A stretch of 64,000 nt of DNA from Heterodontus francisci (lineage: Eukaryota), in the NCBI RefSeq assembly GCF_036365525.1, contig NC_090419.1, positions 13,144,001 to 13,208,000 on the forward strand, written 5' to 3'. The notes below the pieces were generated by a model. The model worked only from the letters and a program-made list of their open reading frames with translations. It ran no database searches and was not told where the DNA came from. A program made the position numbers and the translations under genes. Position 1 is the first letter of the stretch. Each line of letters opens with the position of its first letter. Of the stretch, positions 1 to 12,200 are shown piece by piece.

Positions 1-419
1 TTTATGGGGATATGTCCAGGAATGGAGAATTTGAGCTAAGAGGGAAGATTGGATAGGCTAGAACAGAGGAAGCTGAGGGGAGATTGACTTGAAGTGTATA
101 AAATTATGAGATAGAGTGGATCGGAAGTTTCTACTTCAATGAGGAGGGATCAATAACTGGGGGTGTCGATTTAAAGCAATTGGTAGAAGGATTAGTGGGG
201 GGGGGAAGTTGAGTAATATTTTCCCACAGAGGGTGGTGGGGGTCTGGAACTCACAGCCCGAAAGGGTGGTAAGGAAAGAAACCCTCATCACATTTTTAAA
301 AAATACTTGAATGGGCACGAGGTGCTGTAACCTATGGACCAAGAGCTGGAAGGTGGGAGCACTCACTCGTGGGTACCAGGAGCCCCTCAGGAGAGTGCCT
401 GGTGAGCAGTCCAACTCAC

Positions 420-475
420 CCGAAATATGACCCAGCACTGACAACACACACAGACACACACATATCACACCTCAT
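420..475 (-). pseudogene. Probable leader exon of a WA gene head-to-head with WB-a; frameshifted as assembled, remainder off the left edge
   Basis: Minus strand ATGAGGTGTGATATGTGTG...CATATTTCGG|GTGAGT. The hydrophobic frame VICVCLCVLSVLGHIS ends at a phase-1 donor, but the ATG at 475 is out of frame (56-nt exon). ATG lies 327 bp from the WB-a ATG in divergent orientation. Confidence 0.5.
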
Positions 476-802
476 CAAAGGGTGTCAGCCAGTCACTATT
501 TATGACGAGACTATCCCTTTAAGAGAAACTATCCCTTTAATGGAAGTTTTGTGACAAGCACGAGGAAGTGGAATCAAATTAATTGTCTGTCAAAGTGCAG
601 CTGCCGGATAAACCACAGGTGTAATCGGAGTCTTCAATGGTGTGTGTTTCTGTGACCGAGGAGCTTCAGTGGGTGGAGTCAGTGATCTTAATGGAAGGGC
701 TCGTCTCTCAGGAATTCAAAGCAAGTCTTAGCGGACTCCTCAATTCAATCAGTCGCACCTTTAATTCAGGCCTGCGAGGAGATCCATTGCCTTCCTTTCG
801 AG

Positions 803-3800
803 ATGTCAGTTTTCTACAGATGGGTGTTTGTGGCTGTTTCTGTTCTGGCTGTGGTGGACAGTTCGAGCGGTGAGTAGGTTATGACCCTCCCCCTCACTTT
901 AACACACTACCTGAGGGGTTTGGATCAAGTACATCGGGGAGAAGCTACTGCTCAGTGATTCACTATACGGAGGGTTATCAGGAGATAGGACGTGCTGCCA
1001 GAAACCGTGGTAGGAGCAGAACTCATAATAGCTTTTAAAAGGGAAAGTTGAAGAAGAGAAATGAAAGGCTTGTGGGGAAAGACCAGGGGAATGGGACTCA
1101 GGGTGGAGCTCAGAGAATTGGTACAGGTGCGATGGGCTGAATGGCCTCCAGAATCCACATGTCATTCTTCAATTACGGACTTGCCGGCCATCCCACTTCT
1201 AAATTGGTATGCCTCGTGTCCGTTTTATGCCCGAGAAAGGGCGCAATGTGGGTTAATTGTATAATAATTGAGTATTTAATTGTATGCAGGTGGTGGGTAT
1301 TAACTCGTCATAAAGTGGAGTCATCGAGCCATTTACGGCACAGAAGGAGGCCACTTGGCCCACCGAGTTCATGCTGCCTCTCTGCAGAACTATCCTGTCA
1401 GTCCCACTCCCCTCCTTGATCCAGGTAGCCCTGCAAGTTTATTTCCTTCAAAGTGCCCATCCAACTTCCTTTTTAAACCATGATTTAATAATCATGATGT
1501 CAGCTAGCAAAAAATATAAAAATGGACTGTAAAAGCTTCTGTAGGTACGTAAAAAGGAAACGTTTGGCTAAGACAAATGTGGGTCCATTACAGGCAGAGT
1601 CAGGAGAGTTTATAATGGGGAAATGACAGTGAAGCTAAATGATTACTTTGCGTCTGTCTTCACTGAGGAAGAGACAAGAAATCTCCCAGAATTAGCGATC
1701 CAAGGGATTAGGGGGAATGAGGAATTGAAGGAAATTAGTCTCAGTAAGAACATTGTATTGGAGAAATTAATGGGGCTGAAGGTTGATAAGTCCCCAGGAC
1801 CTGATATTCTACATCCCAGAGTGTTGGAAAAGAGGTAGCTATGGAGATAGTGGATGCATTGGTGATCATCTTCCACAATTCTATAGATTCTGGAGTGATT
1901 CCTGCAGATCGGAAGGTAGCAAATATCACCGCACCATTTAAAAAGGGAGGGAGAGAGAAATCAGGGAATTACAGACCTGCTATAGCCTTACATCAGTCAT
2001 TGGGAAAATGCTAGAATCTATTCTAAAGGATGTGATAAATGGACATTTGGATAATAATGATCTGATTGGGCATAGTCAACATGGATTTATGAATGGGAAA
2101 TCACGTTTGACGAACCTGTTGGGAGTTTTCTGAGGGGGTTACTAACAGAATTGATGAAGGGGAGTTGGTGGATGTGGGAACTTGGATTTTCAGAAGGCTT
2201 TTGATCAGGTCCCCCACAGGAGGTTGGTAAGCAAAATTAAAGCACACGGGATAGGAGGTAATAAACTGGCATGGATTAAGGATTGGTTAACAGGCAGAAA
2301 GCAGAGAGTAGGAATAAACTGGTCATTCTCACATTGGTAGGCTGTGACTAGTGGGGTAACGCAGGGATCAGTGCTTGGGGCCCCAGCTGTTCACAATATA
2401 TATCAGTGATTTGGATGTGGGGACTAAATGTATATTTCCAAGTTTGCGGATGACACAAAACTAGGTGGGAATGTGTGTTGTGAGGAAGATGCAAAGCAGC
2501 TTCAAGGGGATTTGGACAGACTTAGTGAGTGGGCAAGAACGTGGCAGATGGAATATAATGTGGAAAAGTGTGAGGTTATCCACTTTGGTAGGAGGAATAG
2601 ATGTGCAGAGTATTTCTGAAATGGTAAGAGATTAGAAAGTGTAGATGGACAAAGGGACCTGGGTGTCCTTGCCAATAAGTCACTGAAAGTTAACATGCAG
2701 GTGCAGCAAGCAATTAAGAAGGCTAATGGTATGTTAGCCTTTATCGCAAGAGGATTTGAGTACAGGAGTAGTGTGAAGTCTTGCTTCAATTGTATAGAAC
2801 CTTGGTTAGACCGCACCTGCAGTACTGTGTGCAGTTTTTGTCCCCTTACCTTAGGAAGGATATTATTGCCATAGAGGGAGTGCAACGAAGGTTCACCAGA
2901 CTTGTTCCTGGGATGACGGGACTGTCCTGTGAAGAGAGATTGGGAAAACTGGGCCTGTATTCTCTAGAGTTTTGAAGAATGAGAGGTGATCTCATTGAAA
3001 CCTACAAAACACTTAAAAGGATAGACAGGGTAGATGCAGCTAAGATGTTTCCCCTGGTTGAGGAGTCTAGAACCAGGGGACACCATTTCAAAATAAGGGG
3101 GAAGCCACTTAGGACAGAGAGGAGGAGAAATTTCTTTACTCAGAGGGTTGTGAATCTTTGTAATTCTGTCATTGAGTATGTTTCAAGCAGAAATTGACTG
3201 ATTTCTAAATATAAATGACGTAAGGGGATATGAGGGTAGTGTGGGAAAAAAGCATTGAAGTGGTTGATCAGCCATGATCAGACTGAATGGCGGGGCAGGC
3301 TCGATGGGCTGAATGGCCTACTCCTAATGTCTCCACTTTCACCATCCTTGCGGGCAGCGAGTTCCCGGTCATTACCACTCACTGCGTAAAAATGTTCTTC
3401 CTCACACCCCCCCCCCCCCCCCCCGCATCTCTGACCCAAATCTTCAATCTGTGTCCCCTAGTCCTTGTACAATTAGTTAATGGGGACAGTTTTTCCTTGT
3501 CTATTAAATATCCCAACAATCTGTTTTGCTCCAAACAGAACAACTCCAGCTTTTCCAACCTAAATGTGTAACTAAAACCCCTTATCCCTGGAACCATTCC
3601 GGTAAATCTCCTCTGCACCCCCTCAAGGACCCGCACATCCTTCCTAACGTGTGGTGACCAGAACTGGATGCAATACTCCAGTTGGGGCCTAACCAGAGCT
3701 TTTATAAAGGTTCAGCATAACTTCCTGGCTTTTGTACTCAATGCCTCTATTTACGAAGCCCAAGATCCCATATGCTTTACTAACCACTCTCTCAATATGT

Positions 3801-6800
3801 CCCGCCACCTTCAAAGATCAATTCACATGCACCCCCAGGTCCCTCTGTTCCTGCACACTCTTTAGAACTGTGCCATTAACTCTATACTGCCTCATCCTAT
3901 CCCTTCTGCCAAAATGCATCACCTCACGCTTCCCTGTGTTAAATTTCACCTGCACTGTTTGCCACTCCTCCATGTTTGGTATCATCACCAAATTTGGAGA
4001 CTCTACTCTGTATTCCAAGATCCAAATCATGTGTATATCAAGAAAAGCATTGGTTCCAGCACTGACCCTTGGGGAACACCACCGTCGACCATCCTCCAGT
4101 CTGAAAAATATCCATTTACCACAACTCGCTGTTTTTTGTTCTTAAGCCAATTTTTTTTTTAACCCAGTTGGACACAATTCCATGAGCCTCAATTTTGTTA
4201 ACCAGCCTTGTATGTGGTACCTTATCAAATGCGTTCTTAAAATCCATATAAACAACATCCACTACATTCCCTTCATCAATCTTCCCTGTTACGTCATCAA
4301 AATATTCGGTTAGATTTGTCAACGTGATCTGCCTTTTACAAATCCACGCTGGCTATCCTTAATTAACTCGAAGCTCTCCAAGTGCCCCATTATTGTTTCT
4401 GAATCCTTACCCACCACTGAGCTTAGACCAACTGGCCTGTAGTTGCTGGGGCTGTCCTTACAACTTCTCTGGAATAAGGGTGTCGCATTTTTCTGCACCT
4501 CCCCCATGTCTAGGGAAGACTGGAAGATTGTGGCAAGCCCTTCCGCTATCTCCACCCCCACTTCCTTTAGCAACCTGGGATGCAAGCCATCGGGACCAGG
4601 TGACTTATCTACCCTAAGCATAGCCAGCCCTTCCAGTACCTCCTCTCGCTATTTTTACCCTATCCTTTGCCTATACTCTCTCCAATTCCACTGATATTTT
4701 GTCAGATTCCTCTTCCTGAGTAATCACCGATACAAAGCACTTATTAAGCATTCAAACCTTGCTCTGTGCCTTTAAGCATATATTACCCTCTTTGCTCCTA
4801 ATGTCCTCTATAAATAAGAACATAGGAGATGGTGGCATAGTGGTAATGTCACTGAATTAGTAATCCAGAGGTTCAGGCTAAGGTCCCGGGGACACCGCAG
4901 CTGGTAGAATTTAACTTCAATAAATTAATAAAAATCTGGAATTGAAAGCTGGCCTCATTGATCTTCATGAAAACCTCATCTGGCTCACTCATTTTCTTCA
5001 GGGAAGGAAATCTGCCGTCCTTACCAGGTGACTCCAGACCCACATTAATATGGCTGACTCTTAACTGCCCTCAGTTGTCAAAGGGCAATTCGGAATGGGC
5101 GACAAGTGCGGACTGAAACGGTGGTTAATTAAAAACAGAAAATGCTGGGAATGCTCAGCAGGTCTGGCAGCATCTGTGGAGAGAGAAGCAGAGTTAACGT
5201 TTCAGGTCTGTGACCCTGCACCAGAATTGGCAAAAGGCATTTCTAACCCATTTTCCAGCAGTTTCTGATTTTATTTCCCATTTCCAGCATCTGCAGTATT
5301 TTGCTTGTACTGAAACAGGGGTTGCTGGGTGAAGAGGTGCATGTTTGTGATGTGTATCTCAGTAAAGGATAGGCTCCTGTATATCCTTCGCCACCAGGCT
5401 TTCAGGAATAGAACCTGCCGACCGGTTTCCACTGCACAAGGCATCTCCCTGAAAGAAATGAACAACACTCATGTCTCTCTCGGCCTCAGTTGGTAGCAAA
5501 CCTACTGTGCAGGTTACACGCCACCGTGCTGCCGCGATCTGCCGTGTGGCGGACTCCGTGGCAGGCCGCTGCCCGCACAATCTTCTGGTACCCCCTTCCA
5601 CCAAGGATCCTGGCGTCAGGACCGCAAGAAAATCCAGGCCTGTGCGTGCATGGAACGGTGATCCTGTCTGCATTACTTGGTATAACGCTCCTGTTGTATC
5701 ATCTGACTTACTATCAGCAATGAATGGCACAGGAGGTCCATGCCACTGGTTGGAAAAAGTGCTCAGATCAGGTCCTGGTACACGGCTTGGCTGGAAGACT
5801 GCCCTTTCGTGCATCCGTCATTCCCGCGACCTTCTGTTGTGTTTCTCTTTCAGATCTTCACCTGTTTCATGTGCAGTGCGAATGCATCTATCGTGACAAT
5901 AAACTGGCCGATTTATCTTGGCAAGATGCTTACGATGGCACTACCGTCATGTACTACGACACTGCTGGCAAGACATTCGTCGCAGTACAGCCTATTGCGC
6001 GAGCTGAGGTGGACAGGCGGAACTCGAACACAGATTACACTGAATCTGTTCCACGCCTTATCGAGGGTCTCTGTGACAAGATTAAACAAACAGCTGGAAC
6101 AAGCAACTTCACCCTGGAAAAAATGGGTAGGTTATAAAGACAGCAATTTACACTTAAATAAAAATGTCCTAAAGTACTTTGCCCAGAGAGAGGGTGGGGG
6201 GGAGGGTGCGGAATTGAGAGAGAATAAGCATACAGTGGGAAAGAGATAACTGTTTGCATTAATGTTTGGCAAAGGTAATTCTCAAAGTATTCAGCAATGA
6301 ACCTTACTGCTATTCTGACACCGCAGATTTACAGAGCGAGATCTCATCAAAAAAAGGTGTGGGATTGAAATTTAGTCTCTGCAATGGTGCCACGACAATA
6401 TCATCGATTGTCACCAACAAAAAAAAACAACATCTGGTTCACCAATGTCCTTAAGGGAAGGAAATCTGCTGTCCTTACCTGGTCTGGCCTACATATGACT
6501 CCATGTCCACAACTATGTGGTTGACTCTTAACTGAATTTTGAAATGGCCTAGCCAGCCACTCAATTATCAAGGGCAATTAAGGATGGGGAACAAATGCTG
6601 GCCTTGCCAGTGACGCCCACATCCCATGAAAAAAACAATCTGCCATATGATCACATCTCCGACAATGTGTTGTAATGAAACCGTTGCATTGGTGGTGCTA
6701 CCGTATGGAAAAGATATTAAACTGCTACCCTATCTGCCTGTTCTAGTGAACAATGTGAATACGAAATCTCTCTATCTCAAAAAGCTCCGCTTAGACAGCC

Positions 6801-9407
6801 CCCATCAAACACTCCCAGGACAGGTACAGCACGGGGGTTAGATACAGAGTAAAGCTCCCTCTACACTGTCCCCCATCAAACACTCCCAGGACAGGTACAG
6901 TATGGGGGTTAGATACAGAGTAAAGCTCCCTAAAGAAAAAAAAATGGGGTTAGATACAGAGTAAAGCTCCCTCTACACTGTCCCCCATCAAACACTCCCA
7001 GGACAGGTACAGCACGGGGGTTAGATACAGAGTAAAGCTCCCTCTACACTGTCCCCCATCAAACACTCCCAGGACAGGGACAGCAAGGGGGTTAGATACA
7101 GAGTAAAGCTCCCTCTACACTGTCCCCCATCAAACACTCCCAGGACAGGGACAGCAAGGGGGTTAGATACAGAGTAAAGCTCCCTCTACACTGTCCCCCA
7201 TCAAACACTCCCAGGACAGGGACAGCAAGGGGGTTAGATACAGAGTAAAGCTCCCTCTACACTGTCCCCCATCAAACACTCCCAGGACAGGGACAGCAAG
7301 GGGGTTAGATACAGAGTAAAGCTCCCTCTACACTGTCCCCCATTAAACACTCCCAGGACAGGTACAGTATGGGGGTTAGATACAGAGTAAAGCTCCCTAA
7401 AGAAAAAAAAATGGGGTTAGATACAGAGTAAAGCTCCCTCTATATTGTCCCCATCAAACACTCCCAGGACAGGTACAGCACGGGGGTTAGCTGCTGCCTG
7501 ATTGAGGACTGCTCAGTGGTTAACGAGGTTCAGCTGCAAGAGGAAGACTGAGACTTTAAGGAGGGTTTTTCCATCTAGCCCTGTCTCCAAAAGAGGAAAG
7601 CAGGAGGCCAGAAGAACTGACAGCTCTTATGGGTTTGGCTTTTTGAAGCCCTTTCATTGATTGTTGTGGGGAGGGGGAAAGAAGAGACCTGAAGATCTTG
7701 GGTGGGGCTGTTTTGTTTGAACAGGGGGATCCCGTGTTTTAACAGCATCGAATAGGAACTCCCTCCCCACCCCAATGACCTAGCCTGGGATAGCTGGAGC
7801 TGCCCAGATGAAGAGACTTTCTCCTTTCCCTTTTCTGTTTTCCCTCAATGCTGGAAGCAACGTGTGCTTGGGCAACTTACAGCTGTCCCAGGTGAAGATA
7901 TCGCAACCCCCCCCCCCCTCCTCCCCCAACTGGAAGACCAGCGAGAGGACTGACTTGATGCAACATCTGAAAAGAGACTGATTCCTCCTGACCTTCCTCT
8001 CCTTCAGCCTCTCTCCCTTGCCATAACCTCCAGCAGAGTATTTGTGGGACAATTTGTTATTATTATTTTTTGTTCTCCTTTCTCTCAAACCTTATTTTAT
8101 TTCAACGGTGGGTGTGACTGTTCCACCCCATGGCTTCACAGTCCTCTCCGGTGGTGGGGCCTTCCTATGCTGCAGCAGCCACTCCTGTATCCCCATCACC
8201 ATTTAAAATCTTGACATCAAGGCATGGGGTGAAGTGTTACACCCACCCGACCACGAATACTGAGGCATGTGTTAAGGCAATGGTCGAGGTAGTCAACCCC
8301 TCGGCCATTGTTGCAGCCTCAAAGATGTACGGGAAGGCAGTGTCTTTCCTGAAGACTGAGCAGGCGGGGAGGCCCTGGCCCCAAGCGGGGGCTCTACCGT
8401 GGGCTGGACCTTCCTGCCAGCGAACCCTCTGGAGGAGAGCGCCTCGGCTGTCCGGGCAGCCGACTCCGGGGATGGACCGGTGTGCGGAGGAGCAGCTGAA
8501 GCCCCTCACTGCGGGTGACGAGGGGGCTCGGGAGTGTGGAGCGCTCCCGGCCGAGTTGACCCCCTGCTCAGCCAGAACTGCTCATTGGACCCAGGCCCCG
8601 AAATCCTCCTCGGGAGCTGCCTCTCGGAAATGCCCTCCGTGCCATTCTAATCGGCGCGGAGGGGTTTCCTGTACGGGCTGCTCCTGCACACTCTCCACTT
8701 CCTCACCCTCGTCAGCTGGCCAGACACACCCTGGTGGTCCGCGTTGCCATCTGGCGGCGAGGGGAAACCCCGATGGAGGTCTCTGTACGTGGGAGTCCTC
8801 CCCCTTTACATCAGGGACCTGGGGTGGAGGATGTTGCACAGGGCAGTCCTGTGCAATAGACTTTTAAGTAGGTTCACGGACTCCCAGGCCGCCTGTACTT
8901 TCTGCGGCCTGGACGAGTCCGTATTCCACGAATATATGGAGTGTGCGAGGTTGCAGCCCCTCTTTGAGTATTTGAAGGGGCTGCTCCTCAAATTCTGGCT
9001 GCACTTCAGTCCCATGCTCCTGATCTTTGGTCACCCGGTGCGGAAGGGCGTGGACCGGGAGGAGGATCTCCTCGTCGGTCTGCTCCTGGGCCTGGCCAAG
9101 GTGGCAATTCACAGATCCACACTGTGGGCTGTCAGGGGTGCGGGGGAGGGTGGGTGGGGGGTCCGTCCTCCCTGATTGCCTGCCCCTCTTCCGCGGTTAT
9201 GTTCGTGCCCGGGCATCCCTGGAGGAGGAGCATGCGGTGTCCGCCGGTACGCTTGAGGCCTTCCGCGACCGGTGGGCACCGCAGGGACTGGAGTGCATCG
9301 TCGACGCCGAGAATGGCATTTTAATTTGAGTTTTTGTTTTATTTATCTGTTTTTAATAAAGTTATTTATTTAAAATGTATATAAAGGAGGCCTGGGGAAT
9401 AAAGGTC

Positions 9408-9445
<38 letters not shown>

Positions 9446-11651
9446 CAGGTTTGATACAAAGTAAAGCTCCAAAAAATAAATGGGTTAGATATCGAGTAAA
9501 GCTCACTCTACACTGTCCACATCAGAAAAGGTCTCCACCCAAGGTGGAGCTGCCATTCTTGTGGTTTCTCTGTGTTCACTTATTCATGAGTATCATATTG
9601 AAGAAAACCTTCGAGCTGCAGTGAGATTGTCCCAAATTCAGTTTACACCCGAGTAAACTGTTCCAGCCAACACGGGGGAGAGTTTTATTCCATTATTCTG
9701 GAGCTGCACTCAGACCCAGGGTGACAGGATGGCACTTGAACCATTTCACCATCATTTCATGAAGAACCAGGTTCTGGGAGATTCTAGACGATGCTGATTA
9801 TAACCTGCAATCCATTCCTGTCTGGTTTTTTTTTCACAGCTCCCACATTTACCAGAACCTTTATTGAGAAGAAAGCCGGTCGGAGTAATTTGGTGTGTTT
9901 GGTGAAGGGCTTTTCCCCCAGTGACATTAAAGTGAGCTGGGCGAGAAACGGAGTCACTGTCAACGGATCAGAGATAACAAACATCCTACCTCAAAGGGAT
10001 GGGACCTTTCAGGCGAGAAGTATCCTCACATTGAGTGGAGATGTTGATGCTTCATATTCCTGTCAAGTGGAACATGAGACCATCACTGGCAAACTCATAG
10101 TACTGCTCGGTAAGGAAATAAAAAACAGCAGTCTTTCACTAAGATTGTGGTGGTCTTCTACCATAACTTCACCTTACTGCACTGTCTACATATCTCTAAT
10201 TCCCTTCGTACTCAAAAATCTATCCACCTCTGTCTTGAATATACTCAACCACTGATCGTCCACAGATCTCTGGGGTTGAGAATTCCAAAGATTCGCAACC
10301 CTCTGAGTGAAGAAATTTCTCCTCTTCTCAGTTGTGGCCTCTCCCCCAGTCAGTAATGGGAAGTGACCATGTATCTGCTTCCTTCCCTGTCTCTCACAAC
10401 CTTCTACCACCTCCTGCAACTCACTGTCACACCATTGCCATGGGCCATTTACTGGTGGGTAATGTTCAGGGAGCTTTAACACCTACGGAACCGGATGAGT
10501 GTGAAGTGTGTGTGTGGGGAACGTCCTGGTGTCAAACACAAAGTAAACTATCTCCCCCCCTCCCCCTCCCCCTCCCAACGGTCCTTTCCTCAGAACGCAA
10601 CAGGATCGCAGAAAATGAAGCTTTGATCATCGTTGGAGCCGTGCTGGGAATACTGGGAATAAGTGCGGCTGTGGTGACTGGAATTCTCTACTGCTGCATC
10701 TTAAATCGTAAGTTACTACACTAGATATAAACTCTCGTTAATGTTACAGATTAAATTGGGTTGATGTTGAATTGTTAACCTTCCTGTTTCTCATGCAGGT
10801 GGCAACCAGTTCAGTGTTCACCCAACAGGTAAGAGAAACTGTCCTTTACTCTGAATAATTGTGGCCGGGTAAGAATATTTTAGGTTTGGAGATATGTTTA
10901 ACACGGCCGGACAATTTGGTGTTTTACTGTTTGCAGCGAAGTTCACAAACCGGGCAGGACCGTGTGGAGTGAATCCATGCAACGCCAGTGTGCGGTCCAA
11001 CACCTCAAACTCCTCCAACTCCAGCAGCACATCAGGTAACGGGGGTTTTGTAACCTCGTGAACTCAAAAACAGATCCACACCAACCATCCATCTCAACAA
11101 TGTGATCTTACCCAGGAATAACGTAACTGGATCCCCCCTCCCCGCAGACCAGGAAGCTCCCACGCTTGGCCCCTGGGTTGATGCTAAGATCCTTCATCAC
11201 AGCTGGTGCAGGACAGGAGTGGAACGGTTGGTCTCAGTGCCCCTGGGCTGGGCGGGGTTGGGGAACATTCATAACCATCCCTGCTCCTGGCCACGATCCG
11301 GTGATTCCTGCGGGAAAGAGCGCAGGAGTGGACATTAGGATCAGGATCCGCGATGCCTATCCCACCAACTGTTGACCCTCACAGTTAGGAGACACACCTG
11401 GTCAATGACTGCTAACATGGGCTACCCAGTAGGTGCCATGTGTGTGGGACTGTGCTCAAACAGGGGGGCATCATCCAGAGGGGAAGGGGAGAGGCTGGTG
11501 AGAGAATAACAATATTCTTTATATCTGTGAACCGGTTTTCAGCAACGGTTTCCTGGTTTGCAACCCAGGACTGACAAAAGCTTTGAACGAATTAACACGA
11601 CACCTTGTTCTCTTCTTTACAGCTGATGGTTTGACTAAATCCCATGCATAA
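803..11651 (+). CDS. WB: MHC W-category beta chain gene (WB-a), 7 exons, 293 aa
   Basis: Exons 803-869 (leader MSVFYRWVFVAVSVLAVVDSSS), 5854-6126 (beta1), 9840-10109 (beta2 IgC1), 10594-10707 (TM, IIVGAVLGILGISAAVVTGILY), 10799-10828, 10937-11035, 11623-11651 (TAA). All introns are GT-AG phase 1; total 882 nt, open frame. AATAAA at 11783 and 11815. Class II beta-type exon layout, but beta2 has class I alpha3-like ILPQRDGTFQ. Confidence 0.88.
1490..3330 (+). mobile_element. CR1 LINE, degenerate ORF2 (RT) and 3' end
   Basis: [40 protein letters not shown] and RRNFFTQRVVNL, broken by stops and frameshifts. Confidence 0.9.
3335..4790 (-). mobile_element. CR1 LINE fragment
   Basis: KSPGPDGLHPRLLKE, YMDFKNAFDKVPH and VQRRFTGMVPG on the minus strand. 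Confidence 0.88.
4826..5110 (+). mobile_element. tRNA-derived SINE with LINE-derived tail (related copies ~6390-6630, 13100-13270, 14440-14584, 25600-25860)
   Basis: GGTGGCATAGTGG A-box-like head and a shared body GGGAAGGAAATCTGCCGTCCTTACC...CTCTTAACTGCCCTC. Confidence 0.6.
5854..6126 (+). CDS. WB: WB-a beta1 (membrane-distal) exon
   Basis: cag|ATC...ATGG|gtagg. DLHLFHVQCECIYRD...DAYDGTTVMYYD...LIEGLCDKIK...NFTLEKM, with the class I alpha2/class II beta1-type Cys pair and AYDG motif. Confidence 0.88.
6797..7490 (+). repeat. ~72-bp minisatellite in the WB-a beta1-beta2 intron
   Basis: Unit GGGGTTAGATACAGAGTAAAGCTCCCTCTACACTGTCCCCCATCAAACACTCCCAGGACAGGTACAGCAC; a remnant resumes at ~9448-9525. 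Confidence 0.95.
7491..9445 (+). mobile_element. Tx1-clade (L1-Tx1) LINE, internally deleted
   Basis: ORF1-like GVKCY...EACVKAM...AIVAASKMYGKAV; ORF2 C-terminal zinc knuckle DLGWRMLH...CTFCGLDESVFH...C; AATAAA followed by a (TA)n tail. Confidence 0.75.
9840..10109 (+). CDS. WB: WB-a beta2 IgSF C1 exon
   Basis: LVCLVKGFSPSDIKVSW...LPQRDGTFQ...YSCQVEH: C1-set motifs plus the class I alpha3-like P..DGTFQ. Confidence 0.92.
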
Positions 11652-11939
11652 GGTGAAAGGTCTGTCGAATGTATTCACTGTTACTGCAGAAACTGGGGCC
11701 TGTGTCTCTGTGCTGTGAGGGATTCATCTGTCACCTCAACAGATAGGACGCAGATCGTCCGTGGGCAAATAAGCATTCATTAAATAAAACCTCAATGAGA
11801 ACCTTCCTGTATACAATAAAGACTGTCACTGTATTGATTCAATAATTCAGTGTCAAATTATTTGTCTTGGATTTTCTGAAGGAACTGTGCTGTCAGTGCA
11901 GACACAAATGGTAACAATTACACATCCACTTTAGAAAGC

Positions 11940-12200
11940 ACATGAACGAGGCTGATGCTAAAGTGCAGTATCGAGGGAGTGCTGCATTGTCACTGGCACT
12001 GTCTTTTGCATGAGATATTGACGGAGCCCCGTCTGTCTGTTCAGTTCAATGTTAAAGATCCCACGCCATTGTTTAAAGGAACAAAGAGTTCTTCTTGTGC
12101 TGAAGACACTCTCTCTTATCAAAAACAGATTAACCAGTCACGCACCTAATTCATCACTGTGAGATTTTGTTGAATACTAAATGGCTGCAATTTGCTTACA
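11940..12200 (+). mobile_element. Deu-domain SINE (other copies ~18350-18480, 45190-45445, 55340-55610, 62690-62880)
   Basis: GAGGGAGTGCTGCATTGTC...CCCCGTCTG...GTTAAAGATCCCAC resembles the AmnSINE1/SacSINE1 Deu domain. Confidence 0.65.

Noticed and set aside
637-873. 78-aa ORF as the WB-a first exon
   Set aside because: Its frame meets the 869/870 donor in phase 2. The ATG at 803 gives a signal peptide in the required phase 1.
11630-11651. ER-retrieval motif at the WB-a C-terminus (TKSHA)
   Set aside because: Spacing fits neither KKxx nor KxHxx.
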